The notes beneath the pieces were generated by a model. The model worked only from the letters and a program-made list of their open reading frames with translations. It was not told the origin of the DNA and searched no databases. From Roseateles sp. (lineage in GTDB: Bacteria; Pseudomonadota; Gammaproteobacteria; Burkholderiales; Burkholderiaceae_C): 64,000 nt of DNA. Below, one piece after another: positions 50,044 through 59,324 of the stretch; the first letter of the stretch is position 1; each line of letters opens with the position of its first letter. Where the stretch lies: the NCBI RefSeq assembly GCF_036404855.1, contig NZ_DASWYS010000050.1, positions 9,308 through 73,307 of the forward strand, in the 5' to 3' direction. The position numbers and the translations under genes were made by a program.

Positions 50044-51486
50044 CTAGACTTTGCGGCTCTTGACGACTGCGTAGCGCGCCAGCGTCTGCTCCCGGGCCGC
50101 CGCGTGGTCGACGATGGGGCGCGGATAGTCCACCCCCTGCATCGCGAGCGGCACCCGCTCCCAGGGGGCGTGGATGGCTTTGCCATCCAGGGCCGCCAAC
50201 TCGGGGCAGTAGCGGCGGATGAAGAGCCCCTTGGCGTCGAATTTCTCGCTCTGCGCAGTGGGGTTGAAGACGCGGAAGTAAGGTTGGGCGTCGCAGCCGC
50301 TGCTGCTGGCCCATTGCCAGCCGCCGTTGTTGGCTGCCAGATCGAAGTCCAGCAACTGCCGCGCGAACCAGGCCTCGCCGCGGCGCCAGTCCAGCCCCAG
50401 GTCCTTGCTCAGGAAGCTGGCCGTCACCATGCGCAGGCGGTTGTGCATGTAGCCTGTCTGGCTGAGCTGGCGCATGGCCGCGTCCACCAGCGGGTAGCCG
50501 GTGCGTCCCTCGCACCAGGCCTGGAAGAGGGTGTCGGCCTGCGGGCCGGTGTCCCAGCGAATCGAGTCGTACTCGGGCCGGAACGAGGCCGTCATCGCGT
50601 GCGGGTGGTGGTGCATGACCTGGTGATAGAAATCGCGCCAGATCAGCTCAGACAGCCACACCTCGGCGCCATGGTCGCCGCCCTGCATGCGCTGGTGGGC
50701 GATCCGCGCCAGGCGGCGGATGGACACGGTGCCGAAGCGCAGGTGCACGCTCAGGTAGCTGGGGCCCTTGAGGGCCGGGAAGTCTCGTCTGGCGTCGTAG
50801 GCGTCGATGCGGGCCAGGAAGTCGTCCAGCAGCGTTTCGGCGCCTCGGCTCCCCTGGCCGACATGCCTCGTCAGGCCTGCTGGCTCGAAGCCGATGTCCC
50901 GCAAGGCCGGAACGCCGAGGGCCAGGTTGCTCTGCGCCAGCGCGCCCGCATGCCGCTCGACCGGGTAGCTGCTCAGATAGAACCCATCCACCTTGCGCAG
51001 CCAGGCGTTCTTGTAGGGCGTGAACACGCTGTAAGGCCCGCCGGTGGCCGTCATGACCTCGCGGCGTTCGAAGATGACATGGTCCTTGAAGCTGCGCAAC
51101 TCGACGCTGAAGCTGCGCAGCCGCTCGGCCACGCGGGCGTCGCGTGCCAAGGCCTGCGGCTCGTCGTCGTGGTTGGTGAACACGGCCTGCACGCCCAGCT
51201 CTGCCGCCAGCCGGGGAATTTCGTCGGTGGCGCAGCCATGACGGACGATCAGCGCGCCGCCCAGTTGCCTCAGGTCCTCGTCCAGCACCCGCAGCGCGTC
51301 GAGGATGAACTCCACACGCCGGTCGGCCCGCGGCAGGGCGTCCAGGATGTCGCGGTCCAGCACGAAGGCGCAGAACACCTGCCTGGCACCCCGCAGAGCC
51401 CGATAGAGCGCGGCCTGGTCGTCCGCGCGCAGGTCGCGGCGGAACCAGACGAGGGCACGGTCGACGAGCTCGGCGGAGGGTTTCAT
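50044..51486 (-). CDS. phrB: CPD DNA photolyase (cryptochrome/photolyase family)
   Basis: 'LVWFRRDLR..D', 'LSVHLRFGTVSIR', 'ELIWRDFY', 'GYMHNRLRM', 'DFDLAANNGGWQW', 'RVFNP'; Trp-triad equivalents present. Confidence 0.93.
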   Translation of the reverse strand: MKPSAELVDRALVWFRRDLRADDQAALYRALRGARQVFCAFVLDRDILDALPRADRRVEFILDALRVLDEDLRQLGGALIVRHGCATDEIPRLAAELGVQAVFTNHDDEPQALARDARVAERLRSFSVELRSFKDHVIFERREVMTATGGPYSVFTPYKNAWLRKVDGFYLSSYPVERHAGALAQSNLALGVPALRDIGFEPAGLTRHVGQGSRGAETLLDDFLARIDAYDARRDFPALKGPSYLSVHLRFGTVSIRRLARIAHQRMQGGDHGAEVWLSELIWRDFYHQVMHHHPHAMTASFRPEYDSIRWDTGPQADTLFQAWCEGRTGYPLVDAAMRQLSQTGYMHNRLRMVTASFLSKDLGLDWRRGEAWFARQLLDFDLAANNGGWQWASSSGCDAQPYFRVFNPTAQSEKFDAKGLFIRRYCPELAALDGKAIHAPWERVPLAMQGVDYPRPIVDHAAAREQTLARYAVVKSRKV

Positions 51487-51508
51487 ACCCACAGAATAAA
51501 ATGTCTTC
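51487..51508. promoter_or_regulatory. Putative bidirectional promoter with overlapping -10 elements
   Basis: 22-bp spacer; TAAAAT (+, 51497-502) and TATTCT (-, 51493-98), each 6 nt before an ATG. Confidence 0.55.
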
Positions 51509-52087
51509 ATGCCCGCCGATCGGATCGTCCTGACCAACCAGTTCCTCATCGCCATGCCCGGCATGGCCGACGAGGCTTTTGCCGGGACGGTGGTCTACCT
51601 CTGCGAGCACAACGACAACGGAGCACTGGGCCTCGTCATCAACAAGCCCATCTCGTTGACGCTCGGCCATCTGTTCGAGAAGGTCGAGCTGAGCCCGCCG
51701 GCCGAGCCGCTGGCCGACAGCCCGGTCTTCTACGGCGGCCCCGTGCAGACCGACCGCGGCTTCGTACTGCACGAGCCGCTTGACGAGGAAGGCGGACACT
51801 ACAACGCGACGCTGGCTGTGCCGGGCGGCCTGGAGATGACCACCAGCCGCGACGTGCTGGAGGCTCTGTCCAATGGCGCCGGCCCCAAGAAACTGCTCGT
51901 CACGCTGGGCTACAGCGGTTGGGCGGCTGGCCAGCTGGAAGAGGAAATCGGCCGCAACGGCTGGCTGACGGTGGACGCCTCGCCCGCCATCATCTTCGAC
52001 ACGCCGGTGGAGCAGCGCTACGAGAAGGCCCTGGGCTTGCTGGGCATCGATCCGCGCATGCTGAGCTCGGATGCCGGTCACGCATGA
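51509..52087 (+). CDS. yqgE: YqgE/AlgH (UPF0301) family protein
   Basis: 'FLIAMPGM', 'GALGLVINKP', 'GGPVQTDRGFVLH', 'LGYSGWAAGQLEEEI..NGWL'. Confidence 0.95.
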   Translation: MPADRIVLTNQFLIAMPGMADEAFAGTVVYLCEHNDNGALGLVINKPISLTLGHLFEKVELSPPAEPLADSPVFYGGPVQTDRGFVLHEPLDEEGGHYNATLAVPGGLEMTTSRDVLEALSNGAGPKKLLVTLGYSGWAAGQLEEEIGRNGWLTVDASPAIIFDTPVEQRYEKALGLLGIDPRMLSSDAGHA

Positions 52088-52491
52088 GGCCTGACGTGGC
52101 CTCCGCCGATCCCGCCCGACTCCAGTCCTTTCTTGCTTTTGACTTTGGCCTGCGCCGAATCGGCGTGGCCAGTGGCACGCGCCTGCTCGGCTCGGCGGAG
52201 CCGCGCGGCACCATCCAAGGTGGCGATTTCGACGCCATCGCTGCCCTCATCAAGACGTGGCAGCCTGACGCCCTCGTCATCGGCGTGCCCAGACACCCCG
52301 ATGGAGCGCCGCATGAGATGACGGCCAAGGCGCGCAATTTCGGTCGCAGGCTGTCCGGCCGCTACCACCTTCCGGTCTTCGAGGTGGACGAGCGCTACAC
52401 CAGCGTCGAAGCCGAGGCGGAAGGCGCCCATGATGTGGATGCCGCGGCCGCCGCACTGATCCTGGAACAGTTTTTTCGAGAACACCCATGA
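52084..52491 (+). CDS. ruvX: YqgF/RuvX RNase H-fold nuclease
   Basis: 'LAFDFGLRRIGVA', 'VIGVP', 'VDERYTS', 'VDAAAAALIL'. Confidence 0.95.
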   Translation: MRPDVASADPARLQSFLAFDFGLRRIGVASGTRLLGSAEPRGTIQGGDFDAIAALIKTWQPDALVIGVPRHPDGAPHEMTAKARNFGRRLSGRYHLPVFEVDERYTSVEAEAEGAHDVDAAAAALILEQFFREHP

Positions 52492-52973
52492 GTGAACTGC
52501 TGCTCGATGCCGAGGCCCTGTACCTCGAGCTGAAGAAAGGGGTGCAGCGCCTGCTGACATCCGACACCGCCCTTGTTGGCATCTGGAGCGGCGGTGCCTG
52601 GCTGGCCGAGCGCCTGGCAGCCGATCTTGGCGTCGCGGCGGGCACCATCTCAAGCGCGCTGCACCGCGACGACTTCGGCTCGCGCGGCCTGGCCAAGGCC
52701 GACCACACGACGCTGCCCTTCGACGTCAACGGCCGCGACATCCTGCTCATCGACGATGTGCTCTACACCGGCCGTACGACGCGCGCCGTCATCAACGAGT
52801 TGTTCGACTTCGGACGCCCGGCGCGCGTGCAGCTCGCCGTGCTGGTGGACCGCGGTGGCCGGGAGCTGCCCATCGAGCCGGCGTTCTCGGCGGCGCGCGT
52901 CACGCTGAAGGCTGACCAGAGCCTGCGCCTCGCCCGCGGCGAAGACCGACGATTCACGTTCGAGGTGAAGTGA
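52488..52973 (+). CDS. pyrR: PyrR-like regulator / uracil phosphoribosyltransferase
   Basis: 'LHRDDF', '[16 protein letters not shown]', '[11 protein letters not shown]'. Confidence 0.93.
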   Translation: MSELLLDAEALYLELKKGVQRLLTSDTALVGIWSGGAWLAERLAADLGVAAGTISSALHRDDFGSRGLAKADHTTLPFDVNGRDILLIDDVLYTGRTTRAVINELFDFGRPARVQLAVLVDRGGRELPIEPAFSAARVTLKADQSLRLARGEDRRFTFEVK

Positions 52974-53935
52974 TGCTCAGCAAACGCAACCCTCAACTGA
53001 ACAAGCACGGCGAGCTCATCCACTTGCTGTCCGTCGAAGGCCTGCCGCGCGCGGTCATCGAGCAGATCCTGGACACGGCGGGCAGCTTCCTCTCTGTCAA
53101 CGACCGTGAAGTCAAGAAGGTGCCGCTGCTGCGCGGCAAATCGGTGTTCAACCTGTTCTTCGAGAACAGCACTCGCACGCGCACCACCTTCGAGATCGCT
53201 GCCAAGCGGCTGTCCGCGGACGTCATCAATCTCGACATCGCACGCTCCTCCACCGCCAAGGGCGAGACGCTGCTGGATACGGTGGCCAACCTCAGTGCCA
53301 TGCATGCCGACATGTTCGTGGTACGCCACAGCGAGAGCGGCGCACCCCACCTGATCGCCCAGCACTGCGCGCCGCATGTGCATGTGGTGAACGCCGGTGA
53401 CGGCCGCCATGCACACCCGACTCAGGGCCTGCTGGACATGTACACGATCCGGCACTTCAAGAAGGACTTTCGCAACTTGACGGTCGCCATCGTCGGCGAC
53501 ATCGTCCACTCGCGCGTCGCACGCTCGGACATCCACGCACTGAACATCCTCGGCGTGCCCGAGATCCGCGCCGTCGGTCCGAAGACTCTCGTGCCTGGCG
53601 ACCTGCGTGACATGGGCGTGCGTGTCTGCCACGACATGGCCGAGGGGGTGAAGGATGCCGATGTCGTCATCATGCTGCGTCTGCAGAACGAGCGCATGAA
53701 CGGCGGCATGCTCCCCAGCAGCGGCGAGTTCTTCAAGCACTTCGGCCTGACGCCGGACAAGCTGGCGTTGGCCAAGCCCGATGCCATCGTCATGCATCCC
53801 GGGCCCATCAATCGCGGCGTGGAAATCGCGTCCCAAGTGGCGGACGGCAAGAGCAGCGTCATCCTTCCTCAAGTGACATTCGGCATCGCTGTCCGAATGG
53901 CTGTCATGGCCATCCTCGCAGGGAACGAAGCATGA
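52973..53935 (+). CDS. pyrB: Aspartate carbamoyltransferase catalytic subunit
   Basis: '[12 protein letters not shown]', '[16 protein letters not shown]', 'LRLQNER', 'MHPGPINRG'. Confidence 0.98.
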   Translation: MLSKRNPQLNKHGELIHLLSVEGLPRAVIEQILDTAGSFLSVNDREVKKVPLLRGKSVFNLFFENSTRTRTTFEIAAKRLSADVINLDIARSSTAKGETLLDTVANLSAMHADMFVVRHSESGAPHLIAQHCAPHVHVVNAGDGRHAHPTQGLLDMYTIRHFKKDFRNLTVAIVGDIVHSRVARSDIHALNILGVPEIRAVGPKTLVPGDLRDMGVRVCHDMAEGVKDADVVIMLRLQNERMNGGMLPSSGEFFKHFGLTPDKLALAKPDAIVMHPGPINRGVEIASQVADGKSSVILPQVTFGIAVRMAVMAILAGNEA

Positions 53936-55236
53936 AGATCCTCATCAAGGGCGGCCGGCTGATCGATCCGGCATCCAACCTCGACCGCGTCGGCGACGTC
54001 GCCATCGCCAACGGTCGCATCGTTCATCTCGGCGACGTCAGCGACTTTGGCGCCGAACGCACGGTGGACGCCACCGGCCTCATCGTCGCCCCTGGCCTGG
54101 TGGACCTTTGCGCCCGGCTGCGCGAGCCTGGTCACGAGCACGAGGGGCTGCTGGAAAGCGAACTCGCCGCAGCGGCTGCAGGCGGCGTGACCAGCCTCGT
54201 CTGTCCGCCCGACACCGACCCGGTACTGGACGAGCCTGGTCTGGTTGAGATGCTGAAGTTCCGCGCTCGCAAGCTCAGCCGCTGTCGCCTGTTCCCGCTG
54301 GGTGCGCTGACGCGTCAGCTGCAGGGTGCTGCGTTGACCGAGATGGCCGAGCTGACGGAGGCCGGTTGCATCGGTTTCTCACAGGCCGAGGTGCCCATCA
54401 AGGACACGCTGGTGCTCAGTCGCGCGCTGCAGTACGCGGCGACTTACGGCTATGCCGTCTGGCTTCGCCCGCAGGACTTCTACCTCGGCGGTGGCGTGGC
54501 CGCCAGCGGCGCGGTGGCCACGCGGCTGGGCTTGTCGGGCGTGCCGGTCAGTGCCGAGACGGTGGCGCTGCACACCATCTTCGAGCTGGTCCGCGCGACT
54601 GGCGCGCGCGTGCACCTGTGCCGCATCAGCAGCGCCGCGGGCGTCGAACTGGTGCGCGCGGCCAAGAAGGAAGGACTGCCCGTCACGGCGGACGTGTCCA
54701 TCAACTCCCTGCACCTCAGCGATGTCGACATCGGCTACTTCGACTCGGCCATGCGCCTGACGCCACCGCTGCGCCAGGGCCGTGACCGCGACGCGCTGCG
54801 CGCCGGCCTCGCTGACGGCACCTTGGATGCCCTGGTGTCCGACCACATGCCCGTGACCAGTGACGAGAAGGCGGTACCCTTCGCCGAAGCCACGCCGGGC
54901 GCCACGGGCCTGGAGCTGCTGCTGAGCCTGGCCCTGCGCTGGGCAGGGGATGGCGGGCTGCCGCTGCAGCGCGCGCTGGCCGTCGTCACGGCCGAGCCCG
55001 TGCGCGTGCTTGGCAGCGCGTTGGGTTCGCTGTCGGCCAGCGCCGGCCGCCTGGTCGAGGGCGGCGTGGCCGATGTCTGCGTCTTCGACGCCAGCGCGAG
55101 CTGGGCCGTCGCACCCGAGGCACTGGCCAGCCAGGGCAAACACACCCCGTTCGCCTTCGCGTCCAGCGGCTTCGAGCTGCCAGCACGTGTACGCTGCACC
55201 CTGGTTGCGGGCCACATCGCTTTCGAAACCGAATGA
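53932..55236 (+). CDS. Dihydroorotase-like protein, probably the catalytically inactive PyrC' scaffold of ATCase
   Basis: Amidohydrolase fold, but '[14 protein letters not shown]' replaces the DxHxH Zn motif and 'VHLCRISS' replaces HxxHxS; coupled to pyrB. Confidence 0.88.
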   Translation: MKILIKGGRLIDPASNLDRVGDVAIANGRIVHLGDVSDFGAERTVDATGLIVAPGLVDLCARLREPGHEHEGLLESELAAAAAGGVTSLVCPPDTDPVLDEPGLVEMLKFRARKLSRCRLFPLGALTRQLQGAALTEMAELTEAGCIGFSQAEVPIKDTLVLSRALQYAATYGYAVWLRPQDFYLGGGVAASGAVATRLGLSGVPVSAETVALHTIFELVRATGARVHLCRISSAAGVELVRAAKKEGLPVTADVSINSLHLSDVDIGYFDSAMRLTPPLRQGRDRDALRAGLADGTLDALVSDHMPVTSDEKAVPFAEATPGATGLELLLSLALRWAGDGGLPLQRALAVVTAEPVRVLGSALGSLSASAGRLVEGGVADVCVFDASASWAVAPEALASQGKHTPFAFASSGFELPARVRCTLVAGHIAFETE

Positions 55237-55955
55237 GGGCCGTATGGCGCCTCGCGCGCCTCGCGCCCCATGTGCTGCACGGTCTGTGGATCGTGAGCCG
55301 GCACTTTGGCCGCATGACGCCTGCGCGGCGCCATGAGCGCATCCGGTGGTGGTCGATCAAGACGCTGCGACTCCTGGGCATCGAGCTCAAGGCTTCGGGG
55401 CAGGCGCTTCCGGCCGGACACTTGCTGGTGGCAAACCATGTGTCCTGGCTCGACATCGCCGGCATCCATGCGGTGCTGCCGCAAGCCCGTTTCGTGTCCA
55501 AGTCGGACGTGAAGCACTGGCCGCTGATTGGCACCCTGGTGGACGGCGCGGGCACGCTCTTCATCGAACGGGCCAGCAAACGAGATGCGCTGCGTGTCGT
55601 CCATCAGACGGCCGAAGCGCTGAAGAATGGTGATTGCGTGGCCGTCTTCCCCGAAGGCACGACCGGCGCCGGCCCGGAGCTGCTGCCCTTCCACGCCAAC
55701 CTGCTGCAGGCCGCCATCACGACCGGCGCGCCCGTGCTGCCCGTCGTGCTGCGCTGGTACGAGCCCGGCGAGCGCTTCAGCGCTTCGGCGCGCTTCATCG
55801 GCGACATGACGCTGGCCGAGAGCCTGTGGCGCATCGCGTCCGCGCGGGGCCTAGGCATCGAGATCCAGGTGCTGCCCAGCGTGGCAACCGAGAACCTGGA
55901 TCGGCGCGGGTTGGCCGCGGCGCTGAGAACGCTGATCGCGGCCAAGCTGGGCTGA
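55233..55955 (+). CDS. Lysophospholipid (1-acylglycerol-3-phosphate) acyltransferase
   Basis: 'VANHVSWLD', 'FIER', 'VFPEGTT'. Confidence 0.93.
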   Translation: MRAVWRLARLAPHVLHGLWIVSRHFGRMTPARRHERIRWWSIKTLRLLGIELKASGQALPAGHLLVANHVSWLDIAGIHAVLPQARFVSKSDVKHWPLIGTLVDGAGTLFIERASKRDALRVVHQTAEALKNGDCVAVFPEGTTGAGPELLPFHANLLQAAITTGAPVLPVVLRWYEPGERFSASARFIGDMTLAESLWRIASARGLGIEIQVLPSVATENLDRRGLAAALRTLIAAKLG

Positions 55956-55971
55956 GCCGCTGCGCCCGCCC

Positions 55972-57450
55972 TCAGCCCGCTGAGGGCGGAAGTGACGGCG
56001 TGGCACAGAGCGTTGATCGCGGACTGCTCTGCCCCTGCGTCAGCATCTGGCGGGCCGCCTCGCCGAGCAGCTTCAGCCCGGCCAAGCGCGTGGCGTCCAG
56101 GGGGTGCGCCGCCGTCAGGCGAAGGCATTGGTCGAAGCGCCCAGTCGGACTGAAGACGGCACCCGGCACGAAGGTGTAGCCGTGGGCCTGGGCCTGCGCG
56201 AGCAGATCCGAGGTTGCCAGGTTGCCTGGCAGCGTTACCCACAGCGTGTAGCCCGCCTCACCCGCCGAGACGCTGGTGCCCGGCGGGAAGTGCTGCTTCA
56301 CCGCCCGGGTCCAGGCGGCCACCTGCTGGCGCAGGCGCAAGCGCAGCCGTCGCAGGTGGGTGTCGAATCCATTGCCCGACAGGAACTCGGCGAGCACGTC
56401 ATCGGTCATGCGGGGAATCAGTTCGCCATGCACCGTTCGCGCCGCGCGCAGCCGCAGGCGGTGGCGTGCGCTGACAACGTAGCCCAGGCTGAAGCCAGGG
56501 CCGGTGATGCAGGCCAGGCTTGAGCAGTAGATCACCACGTCGTCGGCATCGAAGGACTTCAGCGGGCGCGCCCTCTCCGTGCCCCGATGCAGCGCCCCCA
56601 TCAGGTCGAACTCGATGGCGGTGACGCGATGTGCCCTCAGCAGCTCGACCAGAGCCTGCTTCTGGGCGTCGCTCATTGGGCCGGCAGCCGTGGCGAGGAG
56701 GCCGAGGTCGATCACGCAGACGGTGGGCCGCGCCTGCACCAGGAACGCAGCCATCGCGGCGACCATGTCGCCCCCCGTCGAGGGAGCAGGCAGCTCCAGG
56801 GGGTGCAACCCCAAGGCAGTCACGACCTCCAACACCCTCAGCGAGCCCGGGGACGCCACGGCGACGCAGTCGCCGTCCTGGGTCAGCAGGCTCAGGCACA
56901 GCTGCAGGGACTCCCCGTCGCCGTGGGTCAGGACCACGTCTTCGGGATCGGCTCGCACACCCGTGCGACCCAGTCGCCCGGCAAGCTGCTCGCGCAGGGC
57001 CTGGCTGCCGAAGACGGAGCCTGCGGCCAGCGTGGCGACCTGGGTTCGCAGGCAGGCTGCCACCAGCTGTCGCAAGGCGGCCAGCGGCAGCAGCGCCGGT
57101 GGCAGGGCGAGATGGCCGAGCGACACCAGGCCGTCGCGTGTGGCTGCCTGCGCCATCAGGCGTTGGCGCCTTTCCTCCAGCTGTAGTGCAGGCGCCGAGC
57201 CCGGCGGCGCCTGCCTTGGCGGACTGTCTCCCGAGGTGAGCACGAAGAAGCCACGCCGGGGGCGGGACTCGATCCAGCCCGCGTCTTCCAGTCGGTGCAA
57301 AGCGTGGGTCACGGTGGCCAGGCTCATCCCGTGTGCGTCGCACAGGTCCCGGACCGAAGGCAGCCGGTCGCCGGGACGGTAGCGGCCTTCGCGCAGGGCC
57401 TGTGTCAGCAAATCGGCAAGCGCCAGGTAGAGATGCGGGCGGGACGTCAC
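55972..57450 (-). CDS. MocR/YdcR-type GntR regulator with a degenerate aminotransferase (PLP) domain
   Basis: wHTH 'LYLALAD...G.YRPGDRLPSVRDL...SLATV..A...LE..GWIESRPRRGFFV'; aminotransferase-like C-terminus ending 'FVPGAVFS...CLRL'; GTG start at 57450 is an estimate. Confidence 0.88.
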   Translation of the reverse strand: MTSRPHLYLALADLLTQALREGRYRPGDRLPSVRDLCDAHGMSLATVTHALHRLEDAGWIESRPRRGFFVLTSGDSPPRQAPPGSAPALQLEERRQRLMAQAATRDGLVSLGHLALPPALLPLAALRQLVAACLRTQVATLAAGSVFGSQALREQLAGRLGRTGVRADPEDVVLTHGDGESLQLCLSLLTQDGDCVAVASPGSLRVLEVVTALGLHPLELPAPSTGGDMVAAMAAFLVQARPTVCVIDLGLLATAAGPMSDAQKQALVELLRAHRVTAIEFDLMGALHRGTERARPLKSFDADDVVIYCSSLACITGPGFSLGYVVSARHRLRLRAARTVHGELIPRMTDDVLAEFLSGNGFDTHLRRLRLRLRQQVAAWTRAVKQHFPPGTSVSAGEAGYTLWVTLPGNLATSDLLAQAQAHGYTFVPGAVFSPTGRFDQCLRLTAAHPLDATRLAGLKLLGEAARQMLTQGQSSPRSTLCATPSLPPSAG

Positions 57451-57528
57451 GGTCTTGGCGACGAGCGGAAGAGGGAGCGAACGATATCGGCAGTTGGCCC
57501 CGTTGGATGGATGCACGGACCCCCGACC

Positions 57529-57558
57529 GCCATCGATACAGCCGCCTGTATCGATGGC
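57529..57558. promoter_or_regulatory. Perfect 13-bp inverted repeat between the divergent regulator and MFS genes; candidate operator
   Basis: GCCATCGATACAG-ccgc-CTGTATCGATGGC. Confidence 0.6.
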
Positions 57559-57637
57559 CAGGAGGTCGTGCTGGGTCTGCCGCAGTCGGAGTCCGATACC
57601 TAGAGTCCCGACGCCCGACACTCCCAGGACATCCTGA

Positions 57638-58921
57638 ATGACTTCATTGGTGGACTCCCTGCGCCACTGCCCGCCCGCCGCGCGCCGGCTCCTGGCCGGC
57701 GAGATGGCCGGATTGCTGGCGACAGCCAGCACCCAGACCACCCTGGCTTGGTGGATCGCGCATTCGGGCGGGTCCGGGGATCTTGCGCGCCATGGCTTGG
57801 TGATCGCGGTTTGTGCGATGGCGGCGATGCCCCTCCTGTCGCCGATGGGGGATCGCTGGTCCAAGCGCCGGGTGGTTCAGGCGGCGCGCGGCCTGTTGTT
57901 GCTCGAGGCACTCGCGCTGGCCATGCTGGCGGGCATGGATGTCTACAGTTTGTCGACGCTTTGCTTCTGCGGCGCCTTGTCGGCAGTCGTGACCGCGGCG
58001 CTTGCGCCGACCCAGGCCAGCATGCTGCCTGAGTTGGTTGGCGTGGATCGTCTGCCTGACGCGATCCGGTTGCGCCGCGGGTGCCAGGCCATGGGTGGAC
58101 TGGCAGGCCCGGCCGTGAGTGGCGCCTTGCTGGCGACGGACGGCATTGCGGCGGCCATGGTCGGGGCGTTGTTGTTGACGCTCGTCGCGGCAGCCGCAGC
58201 GATGTGGCTTGGCCCGCCCGGAGTTGCGCCAACCGCTGCCGCGGCGGGCGGATGGCTGGGCGACATGGGTGCTGGTTTGCGCGCCAAGTGGCGCGTTCCC
58301 GTCGACCGGTGGTGGACGCTGACGGGCGCCTTGATGATGGTGTTCTTCCTGCCGGCCACCGGCATGCTGCTGCCGCTGCGGCTGCAGGCCCTGGGCCTGT
58401 CCGGCGGCTGGCTCGGCGCGTGCAGTGCCTCGCTGTCGCTGGGCGTGATGGCCGGCATCGCGGGCCTCGCCGATGCGCTCATTCGCCGGCTGGGCCGTGT
58501 GCGCAGCATTGCGGTGGCGATCGGCGTCTGCGCAGGCGCCATGGCCGCAGCAGGAGCATGCGCCCAGCCTCTGGCGCTGCTTGGCTGCTATGTGCTGATG
58601 GGCATGTGCATGTCGGTCACCCAGCTCGTGGGCCAGACCCATCGCGCACTTGCGGTTCCGGAACACTTCCGGTCGCGCATGGCGGCTGCGCAACTGGCCC
58701 TGGCTCAGCTGGCGGCCAGCGTGGCGCCGGCGGTCGCGGGCGTCCTGCTGACGCTCTGGCGCGTCGAGGCGGTGTATCTCTGCATGGCGATGGGCTTCCT
58801 GGCCAGCGGCGCGTTGCTGCTTGCCGTGCCGGAGCTTCGGCCCTTCCTTCGGCTCGATCACGAGCAGGTGAGGAACTGGTACGGGCGGCAGTACCCGGAG
58901 GCCTTCGGGCCAAGGCAATGA
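57638..58921 (+). CDS. MFS transporter (DHA3/MefA-like exporter)
   Basis: About 12 hydrophobic helices, motif A-like 'SPMGDRWSKRR', 'LAGPAVSGALL', C-terminal 'VPEHFRSRM'; AGGA RBS. Confidence 0.85.
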   Translation: MTSLVDSLRHCPPAARRLLAGEMAGLLATASTQTTLAWWIAHSGGSGDLARHGLVIAVCAMAAMPLLSPMGDRWSKRRVVQAARGLLLLEALALAMLAGMDVYSLSTLCFCGALSAVVTAALAPTQASMLPELVGVDRLPDAIRLRRGCQAMGGLAGPAVSGALLATDGIAAAMVGALLLTLVAAAAAMWLGPPGVAPTAAAAGGWLGDMGAGLRAKWRVPVDRWWTLTGALMMVFFLPATGMLLPLRLQALGLSGGWLGACSASLSLGVMAGIAGLADALIRRLGRVRSIAVAIGVCAGAMAAAGACAQPLALLGCYVLMGMCMSVTQLVGQTHRALAVPEHFRSRMAAAQLALAQLAASVAPAVAGVLLTLWRVEAVYLCMAMGFLASGALLLAVPELRPFLRLDHEQVRNWYGRQYPEAFGPRQ

Positions 58922-58981
58922 GCCGCGGGCGTGCCATCGGGATGCCCCGATGGCCCGAGCAGATTTCGGGTGATGCTTGCC

Positions 58982-59002
58982 TATAATTTGCTAATTGGCA
59001 AA
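58982..59002 (+). promoter_or_regulatory. -10 element (TATAAT) followed by a palindromic operator for the SdpR-like repressor
   Basis: TATAAT at 58982-87; TTTGC-TAATTG-GCAAA at 58987-59002 covers the predicted start site. Confidence 0.65.
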
Positions 59003-59012
59003 ATAGCGAATC

Positions 59013-59324
59013 ATGGACAAGGTGTTCAAGGCTTTGAGCGATCCGACGCGGCGGCGCGTCCTGCAGCTGCTGCGTGAGCGGGAGATGACGGCTGGCGAGC
59101 TGGCCGATTGCTTCGACCTGTCCAAGCCGACGCTGTCGGGCCACTTCGCCGTGCTGCGCGAGGCCGACCTCGTGAGTTCCGACCGTACCGGAACCACCAT
59201 TACCTATCGGCTCAACGTGTCGACGCTGGAGGAAGCCCTGCTGGGCTTCGCAGAGGCTTTCGGCATCGGCGAGGCCAAGGCGAAATCGTCATCCCCACGC
59301 AAGGCAGGAGGCTCCCATGTTTGA
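59013..59324 (+). CDS. ArsR-family autorepressor (SdpR-like)
   Basis: 'VFKALSDPTRRRVLQLL...MTAGELAD.FD.SKPTLSGHFAVLREADLV...GTTI.Y.LN.S.LEE'. Confidence 0.9.
   Translation: MDKVFKALSDPTRRRVLQLLREREMTAGELADCFDLSKPTLSGHFAVLREADLVSSDRTGTTITYRLNVSTLEEALLGFAEAFGIGEAKAKSSSPRKAGGSHV

Noticed and set aside
52488-52973. PyrR-type attenuator upstream of pyrR/pyrB
   Set aside because: The genes overlap their neighbours, leaving no leader for an attenuator
57451-57864. 138-aa N-terminal extension of the MocR ORF in the track
   Set aside because: Overlaps the divergent MFS start and the operator-like repeat; homology begins at the wHTH near 57450
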